A program made the position numbers and the translations under genes. Of a DNA stretch of 33,321 bases, positions 16,499-24,638 are shown one piece after another. The first letter of the stretch is position 1. The number at the start of each line of letters is the position of its first letter. The notes beneath the pieces are model-generated. The model had not been told where the DNA came from and did no database searches. It worked only from the letters and a program-made list of their open reading frames with translations. The DNA lies in contig DASSHR010000439.1 in NCBI GenBank assembly GCA_035692745.1, forward strand, positions 1 to 33,321, read 5' to 3'. Source of the DNA: Candidatus Limnocylindrales bacterium (GTDB lineage Bacteria > Chloroflexota > Limnocylindria > Limnocylindrales > CSP1-4).

Positions 16499-18502
16499 TC
16501 AGTTGCTCGGGTCGAGCGAGCTGAAGTAGTCGCGCACGAAGTCCCGCGCCGAGAGCGGCAGGTAGCCGCGATCGAGCGTGGTCATCGCGAAGCTCTGGAA
16601 TGCCGAGAAGACCTGCTGGTAGTTCACGTAGGAGCCCGGGTCGATGCCCGCGCCCTGCTGGTTGCCCTGCGAGACCTGGCCGTCCCCGCCGTATCCGGCG
16701 ATGTACGACGGATCGCCTGGCTGCCCGAGGCGACCGAATGGGGCGAAGATGTTGCCGAGGTCGCCGCCGAGCGTGGCCGGACGGTTGGGGTTGGTCGGGC
16801 CGCCGAGGTTGGTGGTGCCGCCGAAGCCCGAGCCGAGGTAGGAGGCGTTCGAGCCGCCACCACCGATCGAGCCCTGACCGGCGCTTTGCCCCTGGCCCGT
16901 GCCGGTTCCGGAACCCTGTCCGGAGCCCTGGCCCTGTCCGGAACCCTGTCCGGAGCCCTGGCCCTGTCCCGAGCCTTGCCCGGTGCCCTGCTGGCCCTGT
17001 CCCGAGCCCTGCCCAGTGCCCTGTTGGCCGGTCCCTTGCTGCCCAGTGCCCTGCTGCCCGGTGCCCTGCTGCCCGGTCCCTTGCTGCCCGGTCCCTTGCT
17101 GCCCGGTGCCCTGCTGCCCGGTGCCCTGCTGCCCGGTGCCTTGCTGCCCAGTGCCCTGCTGCCCAGTGCCCTGCTGCCCAGTGCCCTGTTGGCCGGTCCC
17201 TTGCTGTCCGGCATTCGCGAGGTCGCGCTGCGCGTCCTGCAGCTGGTTCGCAGCGGCGGTCAGGTCGCGGTTCGTGTCGACCCGGTTCGAGGCGGCGCCG
17301 AGTGCGTCCCCGAGCTTGTCGAGCGCCGCCTGCGCCGAGGCGATGTCGCCCTGGGCGAGGCTCTGGGCGGCGTCGCGCAGGTTCTGGCTCGCGGTCCCGC
17401 CCGCCTGGCTGGCCGCGCCCTCGAGGCCGGCGAGCTGGCTGCCGAGGTTCTTGAGCTCCTCGGGTGTCATGTCCTTCAGCTTGTCGGCGACGTCCTTGAG
17501 GTCCTGCGCGGCCTTGTCCGTGCTGCCTTCCGGGTTCGCCTGCGGGTTGCCGCTGGCAGCGCGGGACAGCGAGCGACTCAGCCCGGCGAGCGCCGCGGCG
17601 CGCTGCTCGTTCGCGGGATCGAGCTGGGCGCGCAGCGCGGCCTCGATCGAACCCAGCTTGGCAAGGTTCGTGTCGAGCTCGTCGGGCCGTTCGCGGAGCT
17701 GGCGAGCGAGGTCGCGCAGCTGCTGGGCGAGGCGGGTCCGCGGATCGTCGACGGAGGTGCCCTCCTTCTCGAGCTCCTCGGCGAGCTGCTCCAGGCGTTC
17801 CGCCTGCGTCTTCGCCTCCTCACGGACCTCGCGCGCCTGCGCGATCGCCACGTTCTGGGGATTCGGCAGCAGCAGCACCGGCGCCAAGGCCAGGACCGCG
17901 ACGAGCGCGGCGGCCGCCGGGCGTCGCGCCAGGCGGGGCCGGAACAGGTTCGACGGCGTCACGCGCAGCGCGGCGAGCGTGTCGCGGCGCTGGCGGAGCA
18001 CGAAGGACCGCCGCTGGGCTTCGAGGTCGTCCGCGTCGGCGGCCTCCGCCGGCTCGATGGCATCCGCGCCCGCGACATCCGGGTAGGCGACCGCGAGGGC
18101 GAGCGCGCTTGCCGAGCGGTCACCGAGCCCGCCTTCGCGGTCCACGGCGAGTGCCGTCTCACCGAGGGTCGGGCGCGCCGCAACCGCCAGCCCCAGCAGC
18201 ACGAAGGCGCCCGCGAGACCGATGATCGCGGCCAGGGCGGGCGCCAGTTCGATCGGGAAGATGCGCGCCACGCCCCAGAGCGCGAGCTCGGCGAGCAGCA
18301 CGACGGCAACGACGATCCAGGTTCGTCGCACGATCCGGCGAAGCCACAGACGTCGCCCGAACGGTCGAAGGAGGCGCCGGATCGCGACGAGGTCCGGATG
18401 CAGCTCGCCGGCGATGGCAGCCCGTGGATCGACCGGCACGAAGGCCTCGTTGGCCGGGCGACGCGTGCGCCGGGGTCGTCGAAGTGCGAACCGGGACGTC
18501 AT
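16499..18502 (-). CDS. membrane protein with coiled-coil and Gln/Gly-rich tandem-repeat region (DUF4175/TIGR02302-like architecture, 667 aa)
   Basis: ATG 18502 overlaps the permease stop (ATGA) and AGGAGGAG lies upstream. Hydrophobic helices near the N-terminus, ~200 aa of Ala/Gln/Leu-rich heptad-like sequence, then (GTGQQ)x12 and (QGQGSGQGSG)x2, then a Gly/Asn-rich C-terminus. Confidence 0.75.
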   Translation of the reverse strand: MTSRFALRRPRRTRRPANEAFVPVDPRAAIAGELHPDLVAIRRLLRPFGRRLWLRRIVRRTWIVVAVVLLAELALWGVARIFPIELAPALAAIIGLAGAFVLLGLAVAARPTLGETALAVDREGGLGDRSASALALAVAYPDVAGADAIEPAEAADADDLEAQRRSFVLRQRRDTLAALRVTPSNLFRPRLARRPAAAALVAVLALAPVLLLPNPQNVAIAQAREVREEAKTQAERLEQLAEELEKEGTSVDDPRTRLAQQLRDLARQLRERPDELDTNLAKLGSIEAALRAQLDPANEQRAAALAGLSRSLSRAASGNPQANPEGSTDKAAQDLKDVADKLKDMTPEELKNLGSQLAGLEGAASQAGGTASQNLRDAAQSLAQGDIASAQAALDKLGDALGAASNRVDTNRDLTAAANQLQDAQRDLANAGQQGTGQQGTGQQGTGQQGTGQQGTGQQGTGQQGTGQQGTGQQGTGQQGTGQQGTGQQGTGQQGTGQGSGQGQQGTGQGSGQGQGSGQGSGQGQGSGQGSGTGTGQGQSAGQGSIGGGGSNASYLGSGFGGTTNLGGPTNPNRPATLGGDLGNIFAPFGRLGQPGDPSYIAGYGGDGQVSQGNQQGAGIDPGSYVNYQQVFSAFQSFAMTTLDRGYLPLSARDFVRDYFSSLDPSN
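16907..16966 (-). repeat. perfect 30-nt tandem duplication (coding, Gly/Gln/Ser decapeptide x2)
   Basis: tccggaaccctgtccggagccctggccctg occurs at 16907-16936 and again at 16937-16966. Confidence 0.9.
17021..17200 (-). repeat. 15-nt tandem repeat x12 (coding, GTGQQ units) inside the 667-aa gene
   Basis: Plus-strand units ctgctgcccggtgcc with variants ttgctg, cccagtgcc, ggtccc and ctgttggcc. Every variant is synonymous in the coding frame. The 21-mer at 17021-17041 equals that at 17186-17206. Confidence 0.95.
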
Positions 18503-19698
18503 GTGGCGCTCCTCCTGCGGATGCGGCGACGCACGGGACCCGGCAGGCTGGGACGCCAACGACGCGTGGGACTCACGAACTGGATGGACACGAGGGTGAG
18601 AACCACCGCGAGCACGAGGAACGCGATGACGGTCTTCGGCCAGAAGCGGTCGCGGAAGGTGAGCGAGCTGACGACGACGTCGGCATTGGTGACGCCACCG
18701 TTCACGTCGCCAACGACGCCAGGTCCACCGCGGACGGCGGGAATGGCGATCCCCTGCACCTTGCCGTCGATGGTCATCACGTCACCGCCGCCGTTGAAGC
18801 CGCAGCACGGAACCGGCACGCCCTGGTCGATGCCCGGCTGTACGAAGTTCTGGTCGGTCAGGCCGAGGACGCTCGACATGAACCCGCAATACGGGTCGTA
18901 CGTGGTGCCGTCCTGCGTGCCGCACGCCACGTCGGCCTGGGCGACGAATGGGTTGAGCCACAGGATCGCCTGCGACGGCGCCTTGCGCAGGCCGTTCGAG
19001 CCGACATCGTTCGTGCTCGCGAGGAAGAAGAACGCGAACACCGAGCCGACCATGAGGACGAGCGTCGCCACGAACGTCAGGCCCGTGGCCGCGCCGGTGC
19101 GTCGGGTGAGCGCGGAGAAGAAGATCCCGATCGAGCCGAGGCCGATGGCGGTTGCCAGCAGGACCGCGTAGCCGCGCACGACATCGTCGGGCGCGACGCC
19201 ACCGAAGACGAACACGAGCGCCGTCACCGGGATCGAGGCGAGCACGAGGACGAACACCCAGGCCAGCGCGCTGAACAGCTTGCCGACGACGATCGCGATC
19301 GACGAGATGGGCGTCACGGTCAGCAGCTCGAGGGTCTGGTGCTCGCGCTCGCTGCTGATGGCGCCCGCGGTGGCCGCCGGTGCCAGCACGGCGATCATCA
19401 GGGTCTGGAGCATCATCAGGCCGGAGAACACGCCGCGGCCGACGATCGCCGAGCCGAACGTGGCCTGCCCGCCGTACGTGCCCATGCGGACGACGTCTTC
19501 TTCGTTCAGCCGCTCGAACATCCACGCGAATGCCGCGAGCAGCACGATGTGGATCGTGAGGATCACGAAGGCTCGCCGGCCGCGCATCCGGCCGCGCAGC
19601 TCCTTCACGAAGATCGCGGTGATGCCGGAGCTGGGGCGGAGGCGCCGGAACCGGGGCAGCCGGCCGCGCAGCGGGAACCGGGCCGCCAGCGCGCTCAT
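18499..19698 (-). CDS. ABC-2 type permease (NosY/GldF, COG1277-like)
   Basis: Track ORF trimmed to ATG 19698 (ATGA overlap with the ATPase stop). ISSEREHQTLELLTVTPIS motif and multiple TM helices. A ~125-aa hydrophilic insert with 4 Cys sits before the last TM. Confidence 0.85.
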   Translation of the reverse strand: MSALAARFPLRGRLPRFRRLRPSSGITAIFVKELRGRMRGRRAFVILTIHIVLLAAFAWMFERLNEEDVVRMGTYGGQATFGSAIVGRGVFSGLMMLQTLMIAVLAPAATAGAISSEREHQTLELLTVTPISSIAIVVGKLFSALAWVFVLVLASIPVTALVFVFGGVAPDDVVRGYAVLLATAIGLGSIGIFFSALTRRTGAATGLTFVATLVLMVGSVFAFFFLASTNDVGSNGLRKAPSQAILWLNPFVAQADVACGTQDGTTYDPYCGFMSSVLGLTDQNFVQPGIDQGVPVPCCGFNGGGDVMTIDGKVQGIAIPAVRGGPGVVGDVNGGVTNADVVVSSLTFRDRFWPKTVIAFLVLAVVLTLVSIQFVSPTRRWRPSLPGPVRRRIRRRSAT

Positions 19699-20687
19699 GC
19701 CGACACCGTAGCGGGCGCGGCATCGGTTGCCATCTCGGTCGCGGCCGCGTCGCGCTCCGTGACTTGCAGGAACAGCTCCTGGAGGTCCGTCGCGGCGGGG
19801 GAGTAGGACGCCACCGGGATCTTCGCGCCGATCGCGGCCGCGAGCAGCGCCGCTGCGCCGGTCTCGTTGCCCCGGAACCCGATCTCGATGTGGCCGTTGA
19901 GGTCGATCTCGGCCGAGGCCACGTCCGCCTGGGCCTCGAACCAGCTCCGGGCGGACGCGGTGGCGTCCTCGCCGCCCAGCACGCGCACCCGCAGCACCTC
20001 GCCGATGCGCAGCCGCTGGCCGATCTCGGCAATGGTGCCCTGGGCCAGGACGCGCCCGTGGTCGACGATCGCGACCGAGGTGCACAGCTCCTCGAGCTCG
20101 GGCAGGATGTGGCTGCTGATCAGGATCGTCTTGCCGAGCGTGCGCAGCTCGCGCAGGAGCTCGCGGAGCTCGACGCGGGCGCGCGGATCCAGGCCGGACG
20201 CCGGCTCGTCCAGGAGCAGGACCTGCGGATCATGGACGAGCGCGTGGGCGAGGCACAGGCGCTGCTGCATGCCGCGCGAGAGGCTCAGGACGTAGGCATC
20301 GCGCTTGTGGGCGAGATCCACGAGCTCGAGCAGGTCACCGATCATCCGCTTGCGCTGCGCCGGGGCGAGGCCGTAGCACCGACCGAAGAAGTCGAGGTAC
20401 TCCCAGACCTTCATGTCGTCGTAGACCCCGAACGCGTCCGGCATGTAGCCGAGGACGCGACGCACCGCCATCGGGTTCCGGCGGACGGACTCGCCGGCGA
20501 TGAGCGCGTCGCCCGCGGTCGGGACGAGCAGCGTGGCGAGCATCCGGAGCATCGTCGTCTTGCCGGCGCCGTTCGGGCCGACCAGGCCGAAGATCTCGCC
20601 CGCCTCCACCGTCAGGTCGACGCCGCCGACGGCGAGCGTGCCGGGGTAGCGCTTGACCAGCCCGCTGGTCTCGAGGATCGCGGTCAT
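19695..20687 (-). CDS. ABC transporter ATP-binding protein
   Basis: Walker A GPNGAGKTT, signature LSRGMQQRL, Walker B LLLDEPASGLD, H-loop SSHIL. ~100-aa C-terminal extension. ATG 20687 overlaps the upstream stop (ATGA). Confidence 0.95.
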   Translation of the reverse strand: MTAILETSGLVKRYPGTLAVGGVDLTVEAGEIFGLVGPNGAGKTTMLRMLATLLVPTAGDALIAGESVRRNPMAVRRVLGYMPDAFGVYDDMKVWEYLDFFGRCYGLAPAQRKRMIGDLLELVDLAHKRDAYVLSLSRGMQQRLCLAHALVHDPQVLLLDEPASGLDPRARVELRELLRELRTLGKTILISSHILPELEELCTSVAIVDHGRVLAQGTIAEIGQRLRIGEVLRVRVLGGEDATASARSWFEAQADVASAEIDLNGHIEIGFRGNETGAAALLAAAIGAKIPVASYSPAATDLQELFLQVTERDAAATEMATDAAPATVSA

Positions 20688-23167
20688 CGGATGGTCCCCG
20701 CGAGCGCGACCTGGAACCCGAATCCGATGCTCATGTTCGGATTGTCGTTCACGAAGCGGACGAGCAGCTGCGCGGTCACCGGATCGACATAGCGGGTCGG
20801 GTTGCTCAGCGTGTACGTCGCCTCCGCATTCATCCGCGGGAGGCGCGCCCATGCGCCCGCAATCCGGTCGAACACCTCGACCTCCGGCAGCTGGTCCGGT
20901 CGCGGCCCCTGGCAGCCCTTCGGGACGGTGTTGAGGCTGTCCGTGCAGGGCACCGGGATCTCGGTCACCGGCTCGATCGGCTTGCCCGTGGTGCCCGGGA
21001 TGATGTTGCCCCCGCCCCCGAGCTGGATCCGCACGTCGCTGACCTCGAACGCGCCCTCGAAGGGGATCGGCTGGTAGCCGAGGGTCGCCGTGCCGGAGTC
21101 CATGCTCAGGAACTGGCGATCCTTCTGGAAGAACTGGCCGTCGATCGTCGTCGACTGGAGCAGGTCGCCCTCGAACGTGACCTTGCCGGACAGGCCGACC
21201 TGCACCGGCACGTAGTACATGACGTTGCCGTTCGTGCGCGGCGTCTCGTTGCCGACCTTCAGGTCGAGGAGCGCGTCACGGCCGAAGGCGAGGATGACCG
21301 CCCGATCGGCGGACAGCGAGCCGTTCGTCATGCCCGACGGGTCGAACGTGAGCTGCGAAACCATGTTGTACCGCGTCGCACGCAGGATGCCGGCCTCATT
21401 GGAGGTATCGAACGACGGCCCGATCACCTGGTCCGCGAGCCCGCTGCCGAACGGGTTGGACTGCACGCGGATGTGGATCGGCCGGGTGCCGTGGGCCTCG
21501 ACGTTGCCGAGCACCGCCACGGAGCTGCCGAGCACGACGGCGACACTTTCCAGGGCCTGGTCCGAGGCGTTTTCGAACGTGCCGGTCAGCACGCCGTCGA
21601 CGAGGTCGAGGGTCGCTTTCATGCGCGGCGCCGTGACCGGCAGCTCGGCCCGCACGACGCGGATGGAGCCGCTGCCGACGGCGAGGTTGCGGACGGCGGA
21701 CGGCTGCTCCGCGCCGGTTCCCTGGAGGATGTCGAGGCTCACCGAGCCCTGGCCGAACTGGTCGCCCGCGAGCGGGGCGGCGAGCAGCGCGCCCTGCGGG
21801 ACGTCGACCTCGTAGGTGGCCCGCGTCGGCGAGAAGATCCCGAAGTACACCTCGGCGCTGGCCTCCGTGGCGTCGGGCGCCCCGCGGACGATGGCAATCT
21901 CGTTGATCACGACATCGGTGCCGCGCAGGAACGATCCGTACCCGAACGATGCGGCCGCGAACGCGAGGACGAGGATCGGCATCGTGATCCACGCCAGCTC
22001 GCGCCGATCGAGGCGCTTGAGGATCAGGTAGTTGATCGGGCCGATGATGAGGATGTAGGCGCCGATGATGACCAGCAACCCGTTCGTCGGCGGCAGCTTC
22101 AGCGCGGGCAGCTGGTAGACGGCCCCGACGAGCTGGCTGTCGTCGCCCGAGGAGCCGCCGTTCCCCGAGCGCTCCGGAAGCAGGCCACGCCACAGGAGGT
22201 CGACCGACTTGCTCTCGGCCAGCCACTTCACGGTGGGATCGAAGCCGAGGACGGTGACGCGCCCGCTGCCGTAGACGAGGTCTGCCGCGACCACCCGATC
22301 GCCGGACGTGGCGAGCGCGCGTCCCGCGCCCTGGGCGCCGGACATCGCCGGCAGCTCCGCGGCGCCGTCGGGCAGCGGACCGAGCACGCCCACGAGCCGG
22401 GACGGGTCGACGTCGAGGGTCGCGGTGGGCCGGTAGGGCAGGAGGTCGTCGGGGAAGGCCGACAGCGTGTTGATGCCCGCGGTACCGCCGACGATGACGA
22501 GCCGGCCGCCGGCCGCGATCCACTCCCGCATCGCCGTCAGCTGGGCGCTGGAGAGCTGGTTGCTGTCGACGTCCTGCCAGACGAGCCGGTCGATGCTGCT
22601 CCAGCCCTCGGATCGCGCCGGCAGATCCGCGATCCCGAGCGTGACGACCGCGGGGGATGTCCCGAACGGGTTGGCCGGAAGCTTCAGCTCGGACACGATG
22701 CCGGCGGGTCGCTCCGCGAGCACGCCGACCACCAGCTGGTTCGCATCGTGGACGAGGTAGGCGACGGTCACCGAGCTGACCACGTTGCCGCCGGCGACGA
22801 GGTCGATCTTGACGTTGCGACCGAAGTTCGGCGGCTGGGCGTGCAGGACGTACGTCTGGTGTGAGCCGGTCGGCAGCTTGACGGCCATGGCGTACTTGAC
22901 GGTGTTCTGCGTGCCGCCGTTCATCTGGAGCTCGCCTTCGATCGGCGGTCCGTCGTTCTGCAGGTCGACCTCGATCGCGGCCCAGTCCCCGGCGCGGGCA
23001 TGGCCCTGGAGCATGATCTTCGCATCCATCGTCAGCCCGCCGGCCGCGATGCCGGTGAGCGCGAACGGCCCGAACCCCAGGGCGAGCATCGCAAGGAGCG
23101 CGACGACCCGAGCGAGCGTGCGCCGACCCGTCGCAGGGTGTCGCTGTCCGTCGACCCGTGGTCCCAC
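20684..23167 (-). CDS. large membrane protein of unknown function, first gene of the operon (827 aa)
   Basis: Track ORF 20684-23794 trimmed to GTG 23167, preceded by AAGGAGGA (23171-23178). Signal-anchor LARVVALLAMLALGFGPFAL. GDWAAIEVDLQNDGPPIEGEL Ig/CARDB-like start. VWQDVDSNQL...WIAAGGRLVIVGG module. Central TM pair LLVIIGAYILIIGPINYLIL / AWITMPILVLAFAAASFGY. ~370-aa C-terminal domain. Confidence 0.7.
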   Translation of the reverse strand: MGPRVDGQRHPATGRRTLARVVALLAMLALGFGPFALTGIAAGGLTMDAKIMLQGHARAGDWAAIEVDLQNDGPPIEGELQMNGGTQNTVKYAMAVKLPTGSHQTYVLHAQPPNFGRNVKIDLVAGGNVVSSVTVAYLVHDANQLVVGVLAERPAGIVSELKLPANPFGTSPAVVTLGIADLPARSEGWSSIDRLVWQDVDSNQLSSAQLTAMREWIAAGGRLVIVGGTAGINTLSAFPDDLLPYRPTATLDVDPSRLVGVLGPLPDGAAELPAMSGAQGAGRALATSGDRVVAADLVYGSGRVTVLGFDPTVKWLAESKSVDLLWRGLLPERSGNGGSSGDDSQLVGAVYQLPALKLPPTNGLLVIIGAYILIIGPINYLILKRLDRRELAWITMPILVLAFAAASFGYGSFLRGTDVVINEIAIVRGAPDATEASAEVYFGIFSPTRATYEVDVPQGALLAAPLAGDQFGQGSVSLDILQGTGAEQPSAVRNLAVGSGSIRVVRAELPVTAPRMKATLDLVDGVLTGTFENASDQALESVAVVLGSSVAVLGNVEAHGTRPIHIRVQSNPFGSGLADQVIGPSFDTSNEAGILRATRYNMVSQLTFDPSGMTNGSLSADRAVILAFGRDALLDLKVGNETPRTNGNVMYYVPVQVGLSGKVTFEGDLLQSTTIDGQFFQKDRQFLSMDSGTATLGYQPIPFEGAFEVSDVRIQLGGGGNIIPGTTGKPIEPVTEIPVPCTDSLNTVPKGCQGPRPDQLPEVEVFDRIAGAWARLPRMNAEATYTLSNPTRYVDPVTAQLLVRFVNDNPNMSIGFGFQVALAGTIR

Positions 23168-23268
23168 CCGTCCTCCTTGCCCTATGGATGCCGCACGCGG
23201 CCGGATCGCATGACGCCGGAGACCCCCCAGAAGTTGCGCCACGCGCCGCCATCGTACGATTCGGGCCC

Positions 23269-24606
23269 GTGCCCGCAATCCGTGATTTCCGCGCGCTGCG
23301 CTATGCCCCGGAGCAGGTCCGCGACCTCGCCGCCGTGGTGGCGCCGCCGTATGACGTGATCGGGCCGGAGCTGTATCGCCGCCTCCTGGCGCGCGATCCG
23401 CGCAACGTCGTCCGGCTCGACCTGCCCGAGGAGCTGCCGGGCGATCCTCCCGACGAGCGGTATCGCCGCGCCGCGCGACTGCTGACCACCTGGCGCACGG
23501 ATGGCACGCTCCATCGCGATCCGCGGCCCTCGCTCTATCCCTACGAGCAGACGTACACCGTGCCGGGCACGGACCGGGTAATGACCCGGCGCGGCATCTT
23601 CGCGCGCGTCGGGCTCGAGCCGTTCGGGCCGACGTCCGGGATCCGCGCCCACGAGCGGACGCTGGCGGCGCCGCGCGAGGACCGCTACCGGCTCCTGCGG
23701 GCGACCGGGGTGAACACGAGCCCGGTCGTCGGCATCGGGGCGGACCCATCGGGCACCGTCGCCGCGTGGCTCCGCGAGGTCGCGACGACTGCACCCGCGA
23801 GCGACCTGGTCGACGACGATGGCGTCCGCCACCGGCTCTGGCTCATGCCGGTCGGCGACGACGAGGCCGGCGCGGCGGCGTCCTCGGCCATCGACCACCT
23901 CGCGGCGAATCCGATCACCCTGGCCGACGGGCACCACCGCTACGAGACGGCGCTTCGCTATGCGGAGGAGCGCCGCACCGGACCGGTGCTCGAGGACACG
24001 CCGGCGTGGGCCGACATCCTCATGCTGATCCTCGAACCGGAGGAGGGCGCGCTGACCGTGCTCCCCACCCACCGCGTCCTGCTGGGTCTCGAGCCCGTGG
24101 CCCTCGCGACCGCGGTGGATCGGCTGCCCGAGCTGTTCCACGTCCAGCCCGTCGATGGGCGGGATGCGCTGGTCGAGGCCTTCGGCGGGAGCTCTGGCGC
24201 CGCAGGTGGCGAAGGCCGCTTCGGGATCTGGGCGGCCGGCCGCGGGGCGATCGTACGGGCGAAGCGCGACGCCTTCGAGCGCTGGCTGCCGGCCGGCGGA
24301 CCGGCCGTGCGCCGGCTCGACGTGACCCTCGCGTCGGTGGCCATCGAACGCCTCGCGGGTATCGATCCCGCCGCCGTCGCCGAGGGCCGGATCGCGTTTA
24401 CGATGTCCGCGACGGAGGCCATCGACTGGGTCGAGGGCGCCGTGGCACCGACCGGGGGCCTGTCCGCATCGGCCGCGCTGCTCCTGGATCCCACGCCCGC
24501 CTCCGAGATCGTCGCCGTGGCCGCCGACGGCGACGTGATGCCCCAGAAGAGCACGTACATCTACCCGAAGGCCATCACCGGCCTCGTCATCAACCCGCTG
24601 GAGTAG
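23269..24606 (+). CDS. DUF1015 domain protein
   Basis: (V/M)PAIRDFRALRYAPEQV...VVAPPYDVIGPE is the typical DUF1015 N-terminus, with ADGHHRYETAL further in. GTG 23269 is preferred over track start 23158, which would overlap the divergent operon start. TACGAT box lies 8 nt upstream. Confidence 0.8.
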   Translation: MPAIRDFRALRYAPEQVRDLAAVVAPPYDVIGPELYRRLLARDPRNVVRLDLPEELPGDPPDERYRRAARLLTTWRTDGTLHRDPRPSLYPYEQTYTVPGTDRVMTRRGIFARVGLEPFGPTSGIRAHERTLAAPREDRYRLLRATGVNTSPVVGIGADPSGTVAAWLREVATTAPASDLVDDDGVRHRLWLMPVGDDEAGAAASSAIDHLAANPITLADGHHRYETALRYAEERRTGPVLEDTPAWADILMLILEPEEGALTVLPTHRVLLGLEPVALATAVDRLPELFHVQPVDGRDALVEAFGGSSGAAGGEGRFGIWAAGRGAIVRAKRDAFERWLPAGGPAVRRLDVTLASVAIERLAGIDPAAVAEGRIAFTMSATEAIDWVEGAVAPTGGLSASAALLLDPTPASEIVAVAADGDVMPQKSTYIYPKAITGLVINPLE

Positions 24607-24638
24607 CTGCGGGCGCCAGCCGCCCGCCGGAGGATCGC

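Noticed and set aside
17021-17200. Regular short repeats that might suggest a CRISPR array
   Set aside because: The units are 15 nt, directly abutting with no spacers, in frame within a long ORF, and they differ only at synonymous sites. This is a coding tandem repeat, not CRISPR.
16886-19171. 761-aa plus-strand ORF, and the 16899-18086 ORF reading the tandem array as (PCCPV)n or (LLPGA)n
   Set aside because: I considered a Cys/Pro repeat protein. These frames are antisense to a gene with coupled start (ATGA), an RBS, TM helices and a coiled coil. Beyond the repeat they degenerate into Arg/Ala/Ser-rich sequence.
23168-23794. 209-codon N-terminal extension of the 1036-aa track ORF (20684-23794)
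   Set aside because: The extension is Arg/Ala/Pro-rich and runs antisense through the DUF1015 gene. GTG 23167 has an AAGGAGGA site and is followed immediately by a signal-anchor.
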